A stretch of 61,359 nucleotides of DNA, the filler included. It is 5 parts of 5 records of this genome, joined end to end, with 100 filler letters (N's around TTAATTAATTAA, not from the genome) between each part and the next. Parts side by side here need not be neighbours in the genome. Positions count along the whole stretch, not along the records: positions 14,123 to 22,983 come from SRR31156797_22764; positions 23,084 to 40,007 come from SRR31156797_22766; 3 more parts are not named here. One strand, 5' to 3'. The notes beneath the pieces are model-generated. The model did no database searches. It saw only the letters and a list, made by a program, of their open reading frames with translations, and was not told the origin of the DNA. Both the position numbers and the translations under genes were made by a program. Below are positions 20,291 through 29,797 of this stretch, one piece after another. Every line of letters begins with the position of its first letter. Position 1 is the stretch's first letter.

Positions 20291-21094
20291 ATGTTGAGAT
20301 CAGTATTGTTTTTATTATTGTTTTTAAGTGTTTCCGTTTACTCTGGAGCACAAAGCAGGTATGTAATTATAACCACCAACTTGGGCGATATTAAAATAAT
20401 GCTGTATGATGATACGCCTAAACATCGTGATAGCTTTATTCAACTAGCGAATGAAGGGCATTTTGATGGAACCTTGTTTTATCGTGTGGTCAAGAATTTT
20501 GTCATTCAGGGAGGATCTTCCGATTCAAAAAATGCACCGGCAGGTAAACATATTGGTTACGGTAGTTTCAAATTAAATATCGATTCTGAGTTTAGAGAAA
20601 ACCGCTATCACAAAAGAGGGGTGATATGCGCCCCGCGACAACCGGAGGATATTAATCATTTTAAAATGTCCGATGTAAGTCAATTTTATATTGTACAAGG
20701 AAAAGTATATACCAACGAAGAACTGGATTTGTTGGAGAAGGCAACGAACAATCCGATTAAAATAAAGCTTAAAAAGAAATATTATCTTCCATATAAAGAA
20801 GAACTGCAAAAACTGAAAACAGAGAATCCCAAGGAGTTTAATCGCCGGTTACGCGAGATAAAAGAAAAGATCGCTTTTGATTATGCACTCTCTAATAAAC
20901 TTGAATTTACAGAAGAGCAAAGGAAGGTTTATACAACCATAGGCGGTTTGCCGGAATTGGATGGAGAATATACTGTATTTGGAGAAGTAGTTAGTGGAAT
21001 GAGTGTGGTCAATAAAATAGCGGCTCTAAAGACCGATAAAAATAGCAGACCCTTTACAGATGTGAAATTGGTAGTTAGGGTTTTAAAAAAATAG
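20291..21094 (+). CDS. Cyclophilin-type peptidyl-prolyl isomerase (secreted)
   Basis: Signal peptide; FYRVVKNFVIQGG, SQFYIVQG, LDGEYTVFGEV. Confidence 0.9.
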   Translation: MLRSVLFLLLFLSVSVYSGAQSRYVIITTNLGDIKIMLYDDTPKHRDSFIQLANEGHFDGTLFYRVVKNFVIQGGSSDSKNAPAGKHIGYGSFKLNIDSEFRENRYHKRGVICAPRQPEDINHFKMSDVSQFYIVQGKVYTNEELDLLEKATNNPIKIKLKKKYYLPYKEELQKLKTENPKEFNRRLREIKEKIAFDYALSNKLEFTEEQRKVYTTIGGLPELDGEYTVFGEVVSGMSVVNKIAALKTDKNSRPFTDVKLVVRVLKK

Positions 21095-21097
21095 TTT

Positions 21098-22393
21098 ATG
21101 CGTATCGTAGGAGTTTTATTGTTTTTATCGCTACTTATTGGGTGTAAACCCAAAACACAAAAAAGCACTATTTCTAAAGAAGAATATGAACGCCCGAAAG
21201 GTTCCTATAAACGAAATATAAAGGGCATCGTTTCTATTGAAACTTTTGATCATTACAATAGGGTGTTAAATCAGGGTTATGGATTTTATATTGACCCTTA
21301 TCATTTGGTAACTAATCTGGATCTGATTAAAGGAAGTTATAAAGCCAAAGTTTCACCGGTTGGAACAGATGATTTTCAGGATGTGGCAGGTTATACGGCT
21401 TATGATATAGACAAGAATCTGGTTATTTTAAAATCATGGCGTGAAAACCTGAATTATCTGCATCTGGATAAATCCATCAAGTCAATTCCTGATTCATTAG
21501 CTAGTCTGTATCGACGAAGTCGCAAATTATATGCACCTAAAACCGGTGTTTCAGTTGTTGCAAATGACAGCGTAAAAGAATTTGTGTTAACAGAGGATTT
21601 AAAACCGGGATTGCCGGCTTTTACTTTTTTGCATCATCTTGTGGGTTTGGTTCAATCACAACAAACGGATAGTGGAAATATTTCTGTGCTAATTCCTTCT
21701 GTTCAAATTCAGAAACTGGCAAAGCAAAATACTAAAGATCCCAAATCAATTTATGGGCTCAGACGCAAAACAAACAAGGTTTATCCTTCTTACAAAAATA
21801 TAAAGGGCTTTAGAATAGTTACAACAGAGGGAAATATTGATATTCGTTTGTACAATGAAACGCCTGTATTCAGAGATAATTTTATCAAACTTGTCAGTGA
21901 TCAGTTTTACGATAGCTTGTTGGTGCATAGGGTGATTAAAGATTTTTTAATTCAAACTGGTGCGGCAGATAGTAAACATGCCAAAAAGGATGACGTAGTG
22001 GGTTGGCAGGGACCAGGTTATAACCTGAAAACAAATATCGTAAAAGGGCTTTTCCATAAAAGAGGAGCGGTGGCAGCTTCAAAGATGCCACCGGAGCGAA
22101 ATCCTAGAGACCGATCGGATGGCTCACAGTTTTATATTATTTCTGGTAGGGTTTTTTCAGAGGGTGAATTAAAAGATATTGAAGAAGAAAAAGGATATCG
22201 GTTTTCACAGCAACAAAAGCAAGTGTATAGCACAGTTGGAGGTGCACCTCATTTGGATGGTGATTATACCGTTTTTGGAGAAGTCACCAATGGGATGGAT
22301 GTCGTGGATAAAATAGCAGGAGTAAAAACTTACGCTGTGGACAGGCCTGTAGACGATATTCGAGTGTTGAAAATAGAGATTTTAAAAAAATAG
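21098..22393 (+). CDS. Lipoprotein: degenerate trypsin-like domain plus C-terminal cyclophilin
   Basis: Lipobox LIGC; IVSIETFD...QGYGFYI...LVTNLDLI resembles a trypsin-2 N-lobe; C-terminal HRVIKDFLIQ, GSQFYII, PHLDGDYTVFGEV. Confidence 0.8.
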   Translation: MRIVGVLLFLSLLIGCKPKTQKSTISKEEYERPKGSYKRNIKGIVSIETFDHYNRVLNQGYGFYIDPYHLVTNLDLIKGSYKAKVSPVGTDDFQDVAGYTAYDIDKNLVILKSWRENLNYLHLDKSIKSIPDSLASLYRRSRKLYAPKTGVSVVANDSVKEFVLTEDLKPGLPAFTFLHHLVGLVQSQQTDSGNISVLIPSVQIQKLAKQNTKDPKSIYGLRRKTNKVYPSYKNIKGFRIVTTEGNIDIRLYNETPVFRDNFIKLVSDQFYDSLLVHRVIKDFLIQTGAADSKHAKKDDVVGWQGPGYNLKTNIVKGLFHKRGAVAASKMPPERNPRDRSDGSQFYIISGRVFSEGELKDIEEEKGYRFSQQQKQVYSTVGGAPHLDGDYTVFGEVTNGMDVVDKIAGVKTYAVDRPVDDIRVLKIEILKK

Positions 22394-22512
22394 AAAGAAT
22401 TAACTATGTAGCCTTTGTTGCCAGGTTCCTTTCTTTTTAATAAAAACTAAGCGTGTAATTGTTTGCTTTTATTAAATTTGCAAACTTAAATGAACGAAAA
22501 ATAGAGCCAGCA

Positions 22513-22983
22513 ATGCTTGACAGAATAAAAGCTTTACAGGAGGAAATTAAACAGCTAACGGCTAAATCGGCAGATGAAGCAGAACATCTGCGTATTAAAT
22601 ATTTAAGTAAGAAGGGAATTATCTCTGAGTTATTTAATGAATTTAAAACGATACCGAACGAGCAAAAGCGTGAAGTAGGTAAGGTTATCAATGTGCTTAA
22701 AAATGAAGCACAGGATATAATCAATAACCTTAAAGAAGGATTTAGCAATACGCAGGTAAAAGGTACCGGTGTTGATTTAACTTTGCCGGGAACCCTAATG
22801 AAATTAGGTAGTCGTCATCCGCTTTCATTAGTAAGAAATGAAATTGTAGATATTTTCAGTAGACTTGGTTTTAACGTTTCTGAAGGACCAGAAATTGAAG
22901 ATGATTTCCATGTATTTACTGCTTTAAATTTCCCTGAAGAGCACCCTGCCAGAGATATGCAGGATACTTTCTTTATTGAGAAA
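22513..22983 (+). CDS. pheS: Phenylalanine-tRNA ligase alpha subunit, 3'-truncated
   Basis: RIKYLSKKG, DLTLPG, GSRHPL, GPEIEDDFHVFTALNFPEEHPARDMQDTFF; TAAATTTG promoter box at 22473-22480 supports ATG 22513. Confidence 0.95.
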
Positions 22984-23083
22984 NNNNNNNNNNNNNNNNN
23001 NNNNNNNNNNNNNNNNNNNNNNNNNNNTTAATTAATTAANNNNNNNNNNNNNNNNNNNNNNNNNNNNNNNNNNNNNNNNNNNN
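22984..23083. other. Artificial contig spacer
   Basis: N-run with TTAATTAATTAA. Confidence 0.98.
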
Positions 23084-23380
23084 TGCATAGGCCTTGATGC
23101 TCTCTCCCACCTGGAGGGCGAGTTCACGGGTGGGGGCCAGGACAAGGGCCCGGGGATGCCGCCGGCCTTTCCCGTTACCGTCCTGGCGACTCAGGAGTTC
23201 AACCAGGGGAAGTCCGAATGCGTCTGTTTTTCCCGTGCCGGTCTGGGCCCGGGCAAAAATGTCCCGTCCGTCGAGAATAGCGGGAATGACCCGGGTCTGA
23301 ACAGGGGTGGGGGCGGTGTAGCCCTTGGTTTTAACGGCTTTTAGCAGTTCGACCCGGAGGCCAAGTCCATCAAATGACAT
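23084..23380 (-). CDS. DEAD-box RNA helicase (RhlE-like), 3'-truncated
   Basis: Q motif GY..PTPVQ, AQTGTGKT, LAPTRELALQ. Confidence 0.9.
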
Positions 23381-23595
23381 ATGATATATCCTGAATGTTC
23401 TCTCAATTTTCATGTTTCAGCATACCGGCACAACCTGTCTGGGCCGATATTCAACAGCATCAGGGGCTTATATCATAATTGAATGAGAATGTCCCCGTAT
23501 TTCCGCAACCTGTAGCCGACCGAACTCCCCTGCCCCTGACGGTCCGGTTTTCTCCGCTCAATCAATGCCCCGGCCACGGTTGAACTTGTGGGGTA

Positions 23596-25101
23596 TTATT
23601 TATCATCACCCAGGATCAAATTTGGATCACGTCTTTTTATATAGGCGATCAATTGCTTTGCCATATTTGAATCGGCTTTGATCTCTATATAATAGATTGC
23701 GACATTATTGAGATATTGAAAAATGATGGCATCCCCGCCATTCGGCATGGCACCCGGTAAAATCCCGCTGAAGAAAAAACCCAGGTTTTCAATTTCCTCT
23801 GAAAAACAAGGGGTCAATGGATCGGAAAGATTGAGGTATAAGCTTATCACTTCTATTCTTTTCAGACACAGTTCCTTTAATCTTTTCCGTATTTCCCCAA
23901 CCGTGTCCCTGCCGTACTTTTCAATTTTGATACGGGCAAACCCCATTGAATTCATAACCTTGATTTGAACAACGGATTCATTGGAAAGCGTCGTCTCCCC
24001 GGGCGACAACGCTTTTTTCATAACAGGTGAAATTTTCAAATGCCCATAAATTTTTTCTATCATGGCCGTATGATTGCGGGGGGGATAAATTTCCGGTTTT
24101 GCGGACCTGTCAAAATATAAAAAGCAAAAAAAGACACTGCCCCTTTGGGAAACCATCTTTTCCATGCCTTTGAAGTGGACACTGCCGGGGATATATCCGA
24201 CCAGCAGCGCACATTCTCCAAGGTTGTAATTCGTGACCGCCTTTTGGGAGTGGGTATGAAGGGTCACGGCCTGGCCGTAAATTCCCGTCAGTTTGTCGAA
24301 TTCCGCTTTTTTAATCAGGAATTCAACCAGTCTGTTGAAGCAGCCCTGTGAACGGAATTCCGGTTTTACCACACCCAATCCGATCTCTGCGATACGATCT
24401 TCCCTGTTTTCATAATGAAGCGCGCAATGGCCGGCGATCTCATCTGTTTCGGTGACGGCCACGGCGGAATACAAAACCTTGTTTTTATTCAGTTCGATCA
24501 GCTTTTCAGGATAATAGACATGCTCATGGGGATAGGTATAACGGTACCCTTTATACAGGCATTTTGACACCTCGATGGCCTCTCCGGGTCTCAAAGGCCT
24601 TACGGTACAATTGATATCCAAGGGAGAGGTCTGTTCCGTTTCCGGGGAGTCATAAAGATCCAGTTCGCAAGCGTTATAATAGTTGGTTATCCTGTTCTGT
24701 TCGGAATACTTGACCAGAACGATTTCCTTACCTTCCGGCCCCAGATTATGAAACACGATTTCATCGATATCTTTTTTCAAATGGAGTATTCTTGACAATC
24801 CTTCCGGTTCATCTTCTTTCAACTGGGAGGGATCAAAGGGCAGCCCTTTGTCTTTGATCACGATTTTAAAGCCCTCCGGCACGATTTCACAAGACACCTC
24901 TATGGATACCTTATCCTGATCATTGTAGGTATAATCAATCACCCATGACACGGCCTGCTCCGTACAATGCATGATTTTTTGGACATTTGTTTCATCAAAT
25001 CCGAATTTTTCCGCAACCGCCCCCGTATATTTGCCTGCGATTTCCGCATACTTGAAATCGATGGGAATCACAATCCTGGAATATTCACATCTTACTTTCA
25101 T
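23596..25101 (-). CDS. RsbW-like HATPase domain fused to a GNAT acetyltransferase domain
   Basis: N-terminal IKDKGLPFDP...IDEIVFHNLGPEG; central AEIGLGVVKPEFRSQG acetyl-CoA motif. Confidence 0.75.
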   Translation of the reverse strand: MKVRCEYSRIVIPIDFKYAEIAGKYTGAVAEKFGFDETNVQKIMHCTEQAVSWVIDYTYNDQDKVSIEVSCEIVPEGFKIVIKDKGLPFDPSQLKEDEPEGLSRILHLKKDIDEIVFHNLGPEGKEIVLVKYSEQNRITNYYNACELDLYDSPETEQTSPLDINCTVRPLRPGEAIEVSKCLYKGYRYTYPHEHVYYPEKLIELNKNKVLYSAVAVTETDEIAGHCALHYENREDRIAEIGLGVVKPEFRSQGCFNRLVEFLIKKAEFDKLTGIYGQAVTLHTHSQKAVTNYNLGECALLVGYIPGSVHFKGMEKMVSQRGSVFFCFLYFDRSAKPEIYPPRNHTAMIEKIYGHLKISPVMKKALSPGETTLSNESVVQIKVMNSMGFARIKIEKYGRDTVGEIRKRLKELCLKRIEVISLYLNLSDPLTPCFSEEIENLGFFFSGILPGAMPNGGDAIIFQYLNNVAIYYIEIKADSNMAKQLIAYIKRRDPNLILGDDK

Positions 25102-25159
25102 CTATCTGTTCCCCCATGGGATTGGCGGAGTCATATTCTTCAAAAATATGGCTCATCGC

Positions 25160-26215
25160 CTATTTCTCCTTATGGTCATGGCGATGGTGCAGGTCCGGCC
25201 AGTGTTTGTGAGCATGCACCTGGGGGGCGTGCTCGTGCCAGTGCACATGGGTTTCCTCCGGACCAATGCCTTCATGCCCATGGTTGTGGTGGAGCCCGTC
25301 GTGCCTGTGACGGTGCTGATGGGACATGGCAACATGGCGATGTTCATGCACATGCTGCTCGCTGAAGAGAACCACGAGAGAAACCACGATCAGGACCGCG
25401 GCCACGGCCTGAACACCGGAGAACGCCTCCCCCAGAACGGTCACGGACAGCAGCAGGCCAAAAAAAGGAGCCGCCGAAAAAACCATCTGGCTGCGAACGG
25501 CCCCCAGTCCCTGGGCCGCCATGACATAGAGGGTGATACTGCACCCATAGGAAACCGCCCCGACCAGCAGCGCCGCCGCAACAACGCCCGGGCTGCCGGC
25601 GCCACCGGCGAAAACACCACCCAGAATCAGGTTGAACGTGCCTGCGACAGCCCCCTTCCACAGGGTGGTCTGGGCTGGCGAAATCCCGTCGATAAGTGCG
25701 GTAAAATGATTGTCAAAACCCCAGCAGACACACCCCAGAAAAATCAAAAAAGCGGGAACGATCCCCCCGCCCTCCCCGCCTGCCAGCAGCACCGCGGCAA
25801 TGAACGTGCCCCCGGCCGCACCCCATGCCCGCCGGGAAAGATGCTCCCGGAACACAAAGTGCCCGAGGAGAACCGTGGCCACAAGCTCCAGGTTGAGCCA
25901 AAGGGAAACAGACCCTGCACTTGCGCTTTTCAACCCAAGCAAAAGCAGCAACGGCCCAAGGACGCCTCCCAATAGAACGGCCCCTGTCAGCTGCAGGAAG
26001 GTATTTCGGCCGGCCCGCCAGGGCCACCGAAAGGCCCGTTCCCTGATGACCATGGGCAGCACCCCCAGGGCGGCGCCAAGATAAAGCAGGCCCGCCAGGG
26101 CCAGGGGCGCAGCGCCCTTGAGCAAAACCTTGCCGGCAGGTGTCGCCGCGCCAAAGAGAAGGGCTGATACCAGCCCGATGATGATAAATTTCCCTGTATT
26201 CCCATTTGATTGCAT
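25160..26215 (-). CDS. DMT/EamA-family transporter with His-rich C-terminal tail
   Basis: About 10 TM segments, SALLFGAATP, LAGLLYLGA, SLWLNLE; tail HEHRH...HWPDLHHRHDH. Confidence 0.88.
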   Translation of the reverse strand: MQSNGNTGKFIIIGLVSALLFGAATPAGKVLLKGAAPLALAGLLYLGAALGVLPMVIRERAFRWPWRAGRNTFLQLTGAVLLGGVLGPLLLLLGLKSASAGSVSLWLNLELVATVLLGHFVFREHLSRRAWGAAGGTFIAAVLLAGGEGGGIVPAFLIFLGCVCWGFDNHFTALIDGISPAQTTLWKGAVAGTFNLILGGVFAGGAGSPGVVAAALLVGAVSYGCSITLYVMAAQGLGAVRSQMVFSAAPFFGLLLSVTVLGEAFSGVQAVAAVLIVVSLVVLFSEQHVHEHRHVAMSHQHRHRHDGLHHNHGHEGIGPEETHVHWHEHAPQVHAHKHWPDLHHRHDHKEK

Positions 26216-26248
26216 AAACGTCCCCCCGGGGCCGTTCAACGGTTGAAC

Positions 26249-26674
26249 TTAAGGCGATACCATCTTGTCTTTATAATATTTAAGTAACATGAAATCGATA
26301 AATGCGCCCAAAAATATCCCAAAGGAATAGCAAACAAGATCGCTCAATTTAAATCCAAACCCTAAAATCAATCCCCCTAATGGGGTCCATCTCAGGCTAT
26401 CGATCCAAGGCGCATGATAAAATTGGGAAAACTCTATGGCAAATGAAAATAAAACAGCCGCCAAAGCATTTTTCCAGGTTTCCCAATTGGCCGTAACAAT
26501 ACAAAAAAGCCAGAACACCATTAAAGCCCACAATGTATCCCCGGCATATGCAGAAACAAAAAGGGGCAATGTAACGAGGTGTGATCGTGAAAGAAGTCCG
26601 CACAATATAGTAAGAACAGTAAACACGATATACGGTGAACGTCTGCGTTTATTTTTGATTTCCATTGAATTCAT
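26249..26674 (-). CDS. DUF2809-like membrane protein
   Basis: YAGDTLWALMV, IEFSQ.YHAPWIDSLR.T.LGGLILGFGF..SDLVCY. Confidence 0.8.
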   Translation of the reverse strand: MNSMEIKNKRRRSPYIVFTVLTILCGLLSRSHLVTLPLFVSAYAGDTLWALMVFWLFCIVTANWETWKNALAAVLFSFAIEFSQFYHAPWIDSLRWTPLGGLILGFGFKLSDLVCYSFGIFLGAFIDFMLLKYYKDKMVSP

Positions 26675-26758
26675 TGGAATCCCACAAATGTTAATCTTTT
26701 ACCAAGCCAAAGTCCTGTCGGTATATAAAAAGGGGGCAGGACCAACCCAGTCGACGGT

Positions 26759-26990
26759 TTATCGCTTCAATAATTTACGAAGCTGGCTCAAAGATACCAT
26801 GGACTCGGCATGTAATCCATAACCGGCAAAACTTGATACAAAAAATTTGAGATCAAACAGGGCAGACTGTTCATACGCGTCAATATCACGATCATTGAGG
26901 ATTGTCCCAAGTATTGAGCTGCGTGGATTGTGATTGGCCAGGATAAAAATCACTTCCGGCTTGTCCCCGGGAATCAGAAAGTTCTCTCAT
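26759..26990 (-). pseudogene. Possible C-terminal gene remnant
   Basis: Protein-like frame ...KPEVIFILANHNPRS...DLKFFVSSFAGYGLH with an upstream in-frame stop and no good start. Confidence 0.3.
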
Positions 26991-27038
26991 TTCATGCTTC
27001 CCGGGCCTGTTTTTGGTTCAATCGTCGGTAGACGTCCA

Positions 27039-27677
27039 TCATCCACCTTTCTGATAAATCCCGACAAAGAGCGCCTTTCCTTTTTTCAGGGAAATGGTCT
27101 CATGCCGCAGCACCCCCAGGCCGGTTTTATCACAGAGACCTGAGAACTCAAAGGGAGACACCAGCTTCATGATGGGCGCAAGAAGTTCCAGGCTGGCGTA
27201 TGGCGTCGGGGTAACGGATGCGGATTCGGGACTCGGCAGCTGGAGCGCAGCCACCAGGATACCTCCCGGAGTCAGGCACCTGTCGATTGCAGGCACGGCC
27301 TCCCGGATATCTACATATTCAAATACGAGTGCAGCAAAAACCATCGAAACCGGTTCGATATGAAAAGATAATGAAGTAAAATCAGCCTCAATCAACTCAA
27401 GGCCGGAGATTGTTTTTGAAAACCTGTCTTTTAGAATCCCCAAGTAGGCAGGGTTGATGTCAACACCCACAACACGCCGTGTTCTTGTTGTGTCAACGTG
27501 CTCAAAACCGTTGCCCGTCGTACACCCCATCACCGCCAAATCGGATGGAAAAAACTCCGCAAGCACCCCGGCGAACAGCGCATTTAATGCCTGAAGCTGG
27601 GCGACATCGGGCGAAGCCATATGTGCTTCATAATCGCCCGCAGGAATCTGAATCCATGGATTATTCATTTTCTTCAT
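27039..27677 (-). CDS. Class I SAM-dependent methyltransferase-like protein
   Basis: NPW..I...DYEAHM, AVMGCTTGNG, VGVDINP.Y. Confidence 0.75.
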   Translation of the reverse strand: MKKMNNPWIQIPAGDYEAHMASPDVAQLQALNALFAGVLAEFFPSDLAVMGCTTGNGFEHVDTTRTRRVVGVDINPAYLGILKDRFSKTISGLELIEADFTSLSFHIEPVSMVFAALVFEYVDIREAVPAIDRCLTPGGILVAALQLPSPESASVTPTPYASLELLAPIMKLVSPFEFSGLCDKTGLGVLRHETISLKKGKALFVGIYQKGG

Positions 27678-28278
27678 TTTTATTTTTTTTACTTAAATCG
27701 TCTTTATAACAATCAAATGTTGTCCATCCCATAATAAAATCCAACAGTTCTCCCGGATTAAAGCCCAATCTCATATTTATAAGAGCGCCTGCCACCAAAT
27801 CTATTTGGGAATAATATGGCCATGGATTGTGGTTCCATTGCATGTCTTTTGCTCTTCCTTTCCATTCAGGTACGGTATGTGGATTGACAGTATAAGAAAT
27901 TGGGCCTATCTGGGTTGCCGAAAAACTTTTACCTCGCCTGTTGGACTTGAGAGAGCCTCCAAAGACTTCCGCGCCAACGATCCCCCCGACAAGATCCACT
28001 TTTGCAGGCGTATCATAGCCACCTGGCCAGAATTCCTCACCCCCTAAATAATCCCCTCCCCTCAGTCCTCCCATACCAACATCCATTAAAAGCCCTGTCT
28101 GGAGAGGTCCGATTCGTCCCTTGGCTCCGAAGCCATAGCCCACCTGGATTGAAAATATATCAAGTGCGTCATCGTACCGGTCCGAGAAATAGCCTGCAGA
28201 TGAATATTCATATCCTGTCAGGGTTAATAATATCAAATAAATCAATAGCTTGAAAAAGCACCTCAAATAGCCCCCCAT
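27661..28278 (-). CDS. Hypothetical exported or membrane protein
   Basis: Signal-like N-terminus, Gly-rich beta pattern, GFNPGELLDFI.GW near the C-terminus. Confidence 0.65.
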   Translation of the reverse strand: MGGYLRCFFKLLIYLILLTLTGYEYSSAGYFSDRYDDALDIFSIQVGYGFGAKGRIGPLQTGLLMDVGMGGLRGGDYLGGEEFWPGGYDTPAKVDLVGGIVGAEVFGGSLKSNRRGKSFSATQIGPISYTVNPHTVPEWKGRAKDMQWNHNPWPYYSQIDLVAGALINMRLGFNPGELLDFIMGWTTFDCYKDDLSKKNKNEENE

Positions 28279-28358
28279 CGAGCAGCTACAAGCATCTGTT
28301 TTTCAAGTTCAAAGTTTTTTTTATAGAAAATCGACTTGAAATCAATGAAAACCATGTT

Positions 28359-29795
28359 TCACGCCAGGCGATCCTTGAGGATTTCCTGGATGAGTTTGGG
28401 ATTGGCCTTGCCCTTGGAGAGTTTCATGGCCTGGCCCACCAGGAACCCGATGGATTTCTTGTTTCCGTTTTTGTAATTTTCCACTGCAGAGACATTATCT
28501 GCTAGGATCTTGTCGACTATTCTTGCAAGTTCTGCCGTATCGGAGACCTGTTTGAACCCGAATTTCTCGACAATCTCTTCCGCTGTTCCGTCGGTGTCAA
28601 AGAGCTTTTCCAGCACGGATTTGGCTGAGTTTGAGTTGATCTCGTTCTTTTCGAGCATCCGGATCAGGCCTGCGAACCGCTGGGGGGTGATAGCGGATTC
28701 TGCCAGGGTTTGGCCATGGGCTTTCAGTGCGGGAAGGAGCTGGGTGGCGATCCAGCCGGCGGCCATGCGGGCGGGTGCGCCAAGGTTGACAACGGCTTCA
28801 AAAAACTCGGAGAGTCCCCGGTCCGAGGCCATGAGCACGGCTTCATCATGGATCAGTGAATAGTCCCGGACAAACCGGTTGACCTTCTGGGCGGGCATCT
28901 CCGGCAGCAGGGATTTCATCTTTTCGAGCCAGGATTCGGTGAGGACGATCGGGGGAACGGAGGGATCGGGAATGCAGGGGCCTTCGAACTTGGCCCGCAT
29001 GGCTGTGGTGACACGTTTTTCAGGATCCCAGAGCCGGGTGTGCAACACGATGGGTTCGTTGTTGTTGAGGGCGTCGATCTGGCGCTTGATCTCATAGGCA
29101 ATGGCGTCCCCCACATGGTGGATGGAGTTCATGTTCTTGACCTCCACCTTGGTGTTGAGCTGGTCCGTGCCTGCCGGGCGGATGGAGATGTTGGCGTCGC
29201 AGCGCATGGTGCCGGATTCCATGCTGCATTCGGCGCAGCCCGTGTACCGGACCTGGTTCCGTACGGCCTTGAGGAGTTCCATGGCGTCATGGGAGGTTCT
29301 GAGGTCGGGTTCCGTCACCACTTCGACGAGGGGGGTGCCGGCCCGGTTGAAATCCACCAGGCTCACGGGAATCCGGCCGTCGGTTTCATGGACAAGCTTT
29401 GCCACGTCCTCTTCCATGTGAACGTGGTGGAGCCTTAGTTTCCTGGGGTTCCCCTGCTCGTCCCGGATCTCCACCCAGCCGCCCCTGCCAAGGGGCTTGT
29501 GGGCCTGGGAGAGCTGGAACCCCTTGGGAAGATCGGGGTAGTAGTAGACCTTCTGGTCAAAGGCGCTTTCCTCCTGGATCTCGCAATTGAGGGAGAGGCA
29601 GGCAAGGGTTGCCTTTTCCAGGACTTTCTCGCCCAGGACCGGCAAGGCGCCGGGCATCCAGAGGCAGACGGGGCAGACATTGGTGTTGGGGTCGTCGCCC
29701 GGGCTGTTGGCGCAGTCGCAGAACATCTTGGTGGCTGAGTTGAGCTGTATGTGGATTTCAAGACCGATTACCGCTTCATGTTTCATGGTTGGCAT
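28359..29795 (-). CDS. gatB: Asp/Glu-tRNA amidotransferase subunit B, divergent
   Basis: IGLEIHIQL, FCDC/CPVC, YPDLPKG, HMEED, DFNRAGTPLVEVVTEPD, RCDANIS, EVKNMNS, YqeY-like tail (GFLVGQAMK.SKGKANP). Confidence 0.92.
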   Translation of the reverse strand: MPTMKHEAVIGLEIHIQLNSATKMFCDCANSPGDDPNTNVCPVCLWMPGALPVLGEKVLEKATLACLSLNCEIQEESAFDQKVYYYPDLPKGFQLSQAHKPLGRGGWVEIRDEQGNPRKLRLHHVHMEEDVAKLVHETDGRIPVSLVDFNRAGTPLVEVVTEPDLRTSHDAMELLKAVRNQVRYTGCAECSMESGTMRCDANISIRPAGTDQLNTKVEVKNMNSIHHVGDAIAYEIKRQIDALNNNEPIVLHTRLWDPEKRVTTAMRAKFEGPCIPDPSVPPIVLTESWLEKMKSLLPEMPAQKVNRFVRDYSLIHDEAVLMASDRGLSEFFEAVVNLGAPARMAAGWIATQLLPALKAHGQTLAESAITPQRFAGLIRMLEKNEINSNSAKSVLEKLFDTDGTAEEIVEKFGFKQVSDTAELARIVDKILADNVSAVENYKNGNKKSIGFLVGQAMKLSKGKANPKLIQEILKDRLA

Positions 29796-29797
29796 GG

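Noticed and set aside
23596-28278. Run of co-oriented accessory genes as an integron cassette array
   Set aside because: No integrase and no repeated attC-like RYYYAAC...GTTRRRY structures; some genes overlap.
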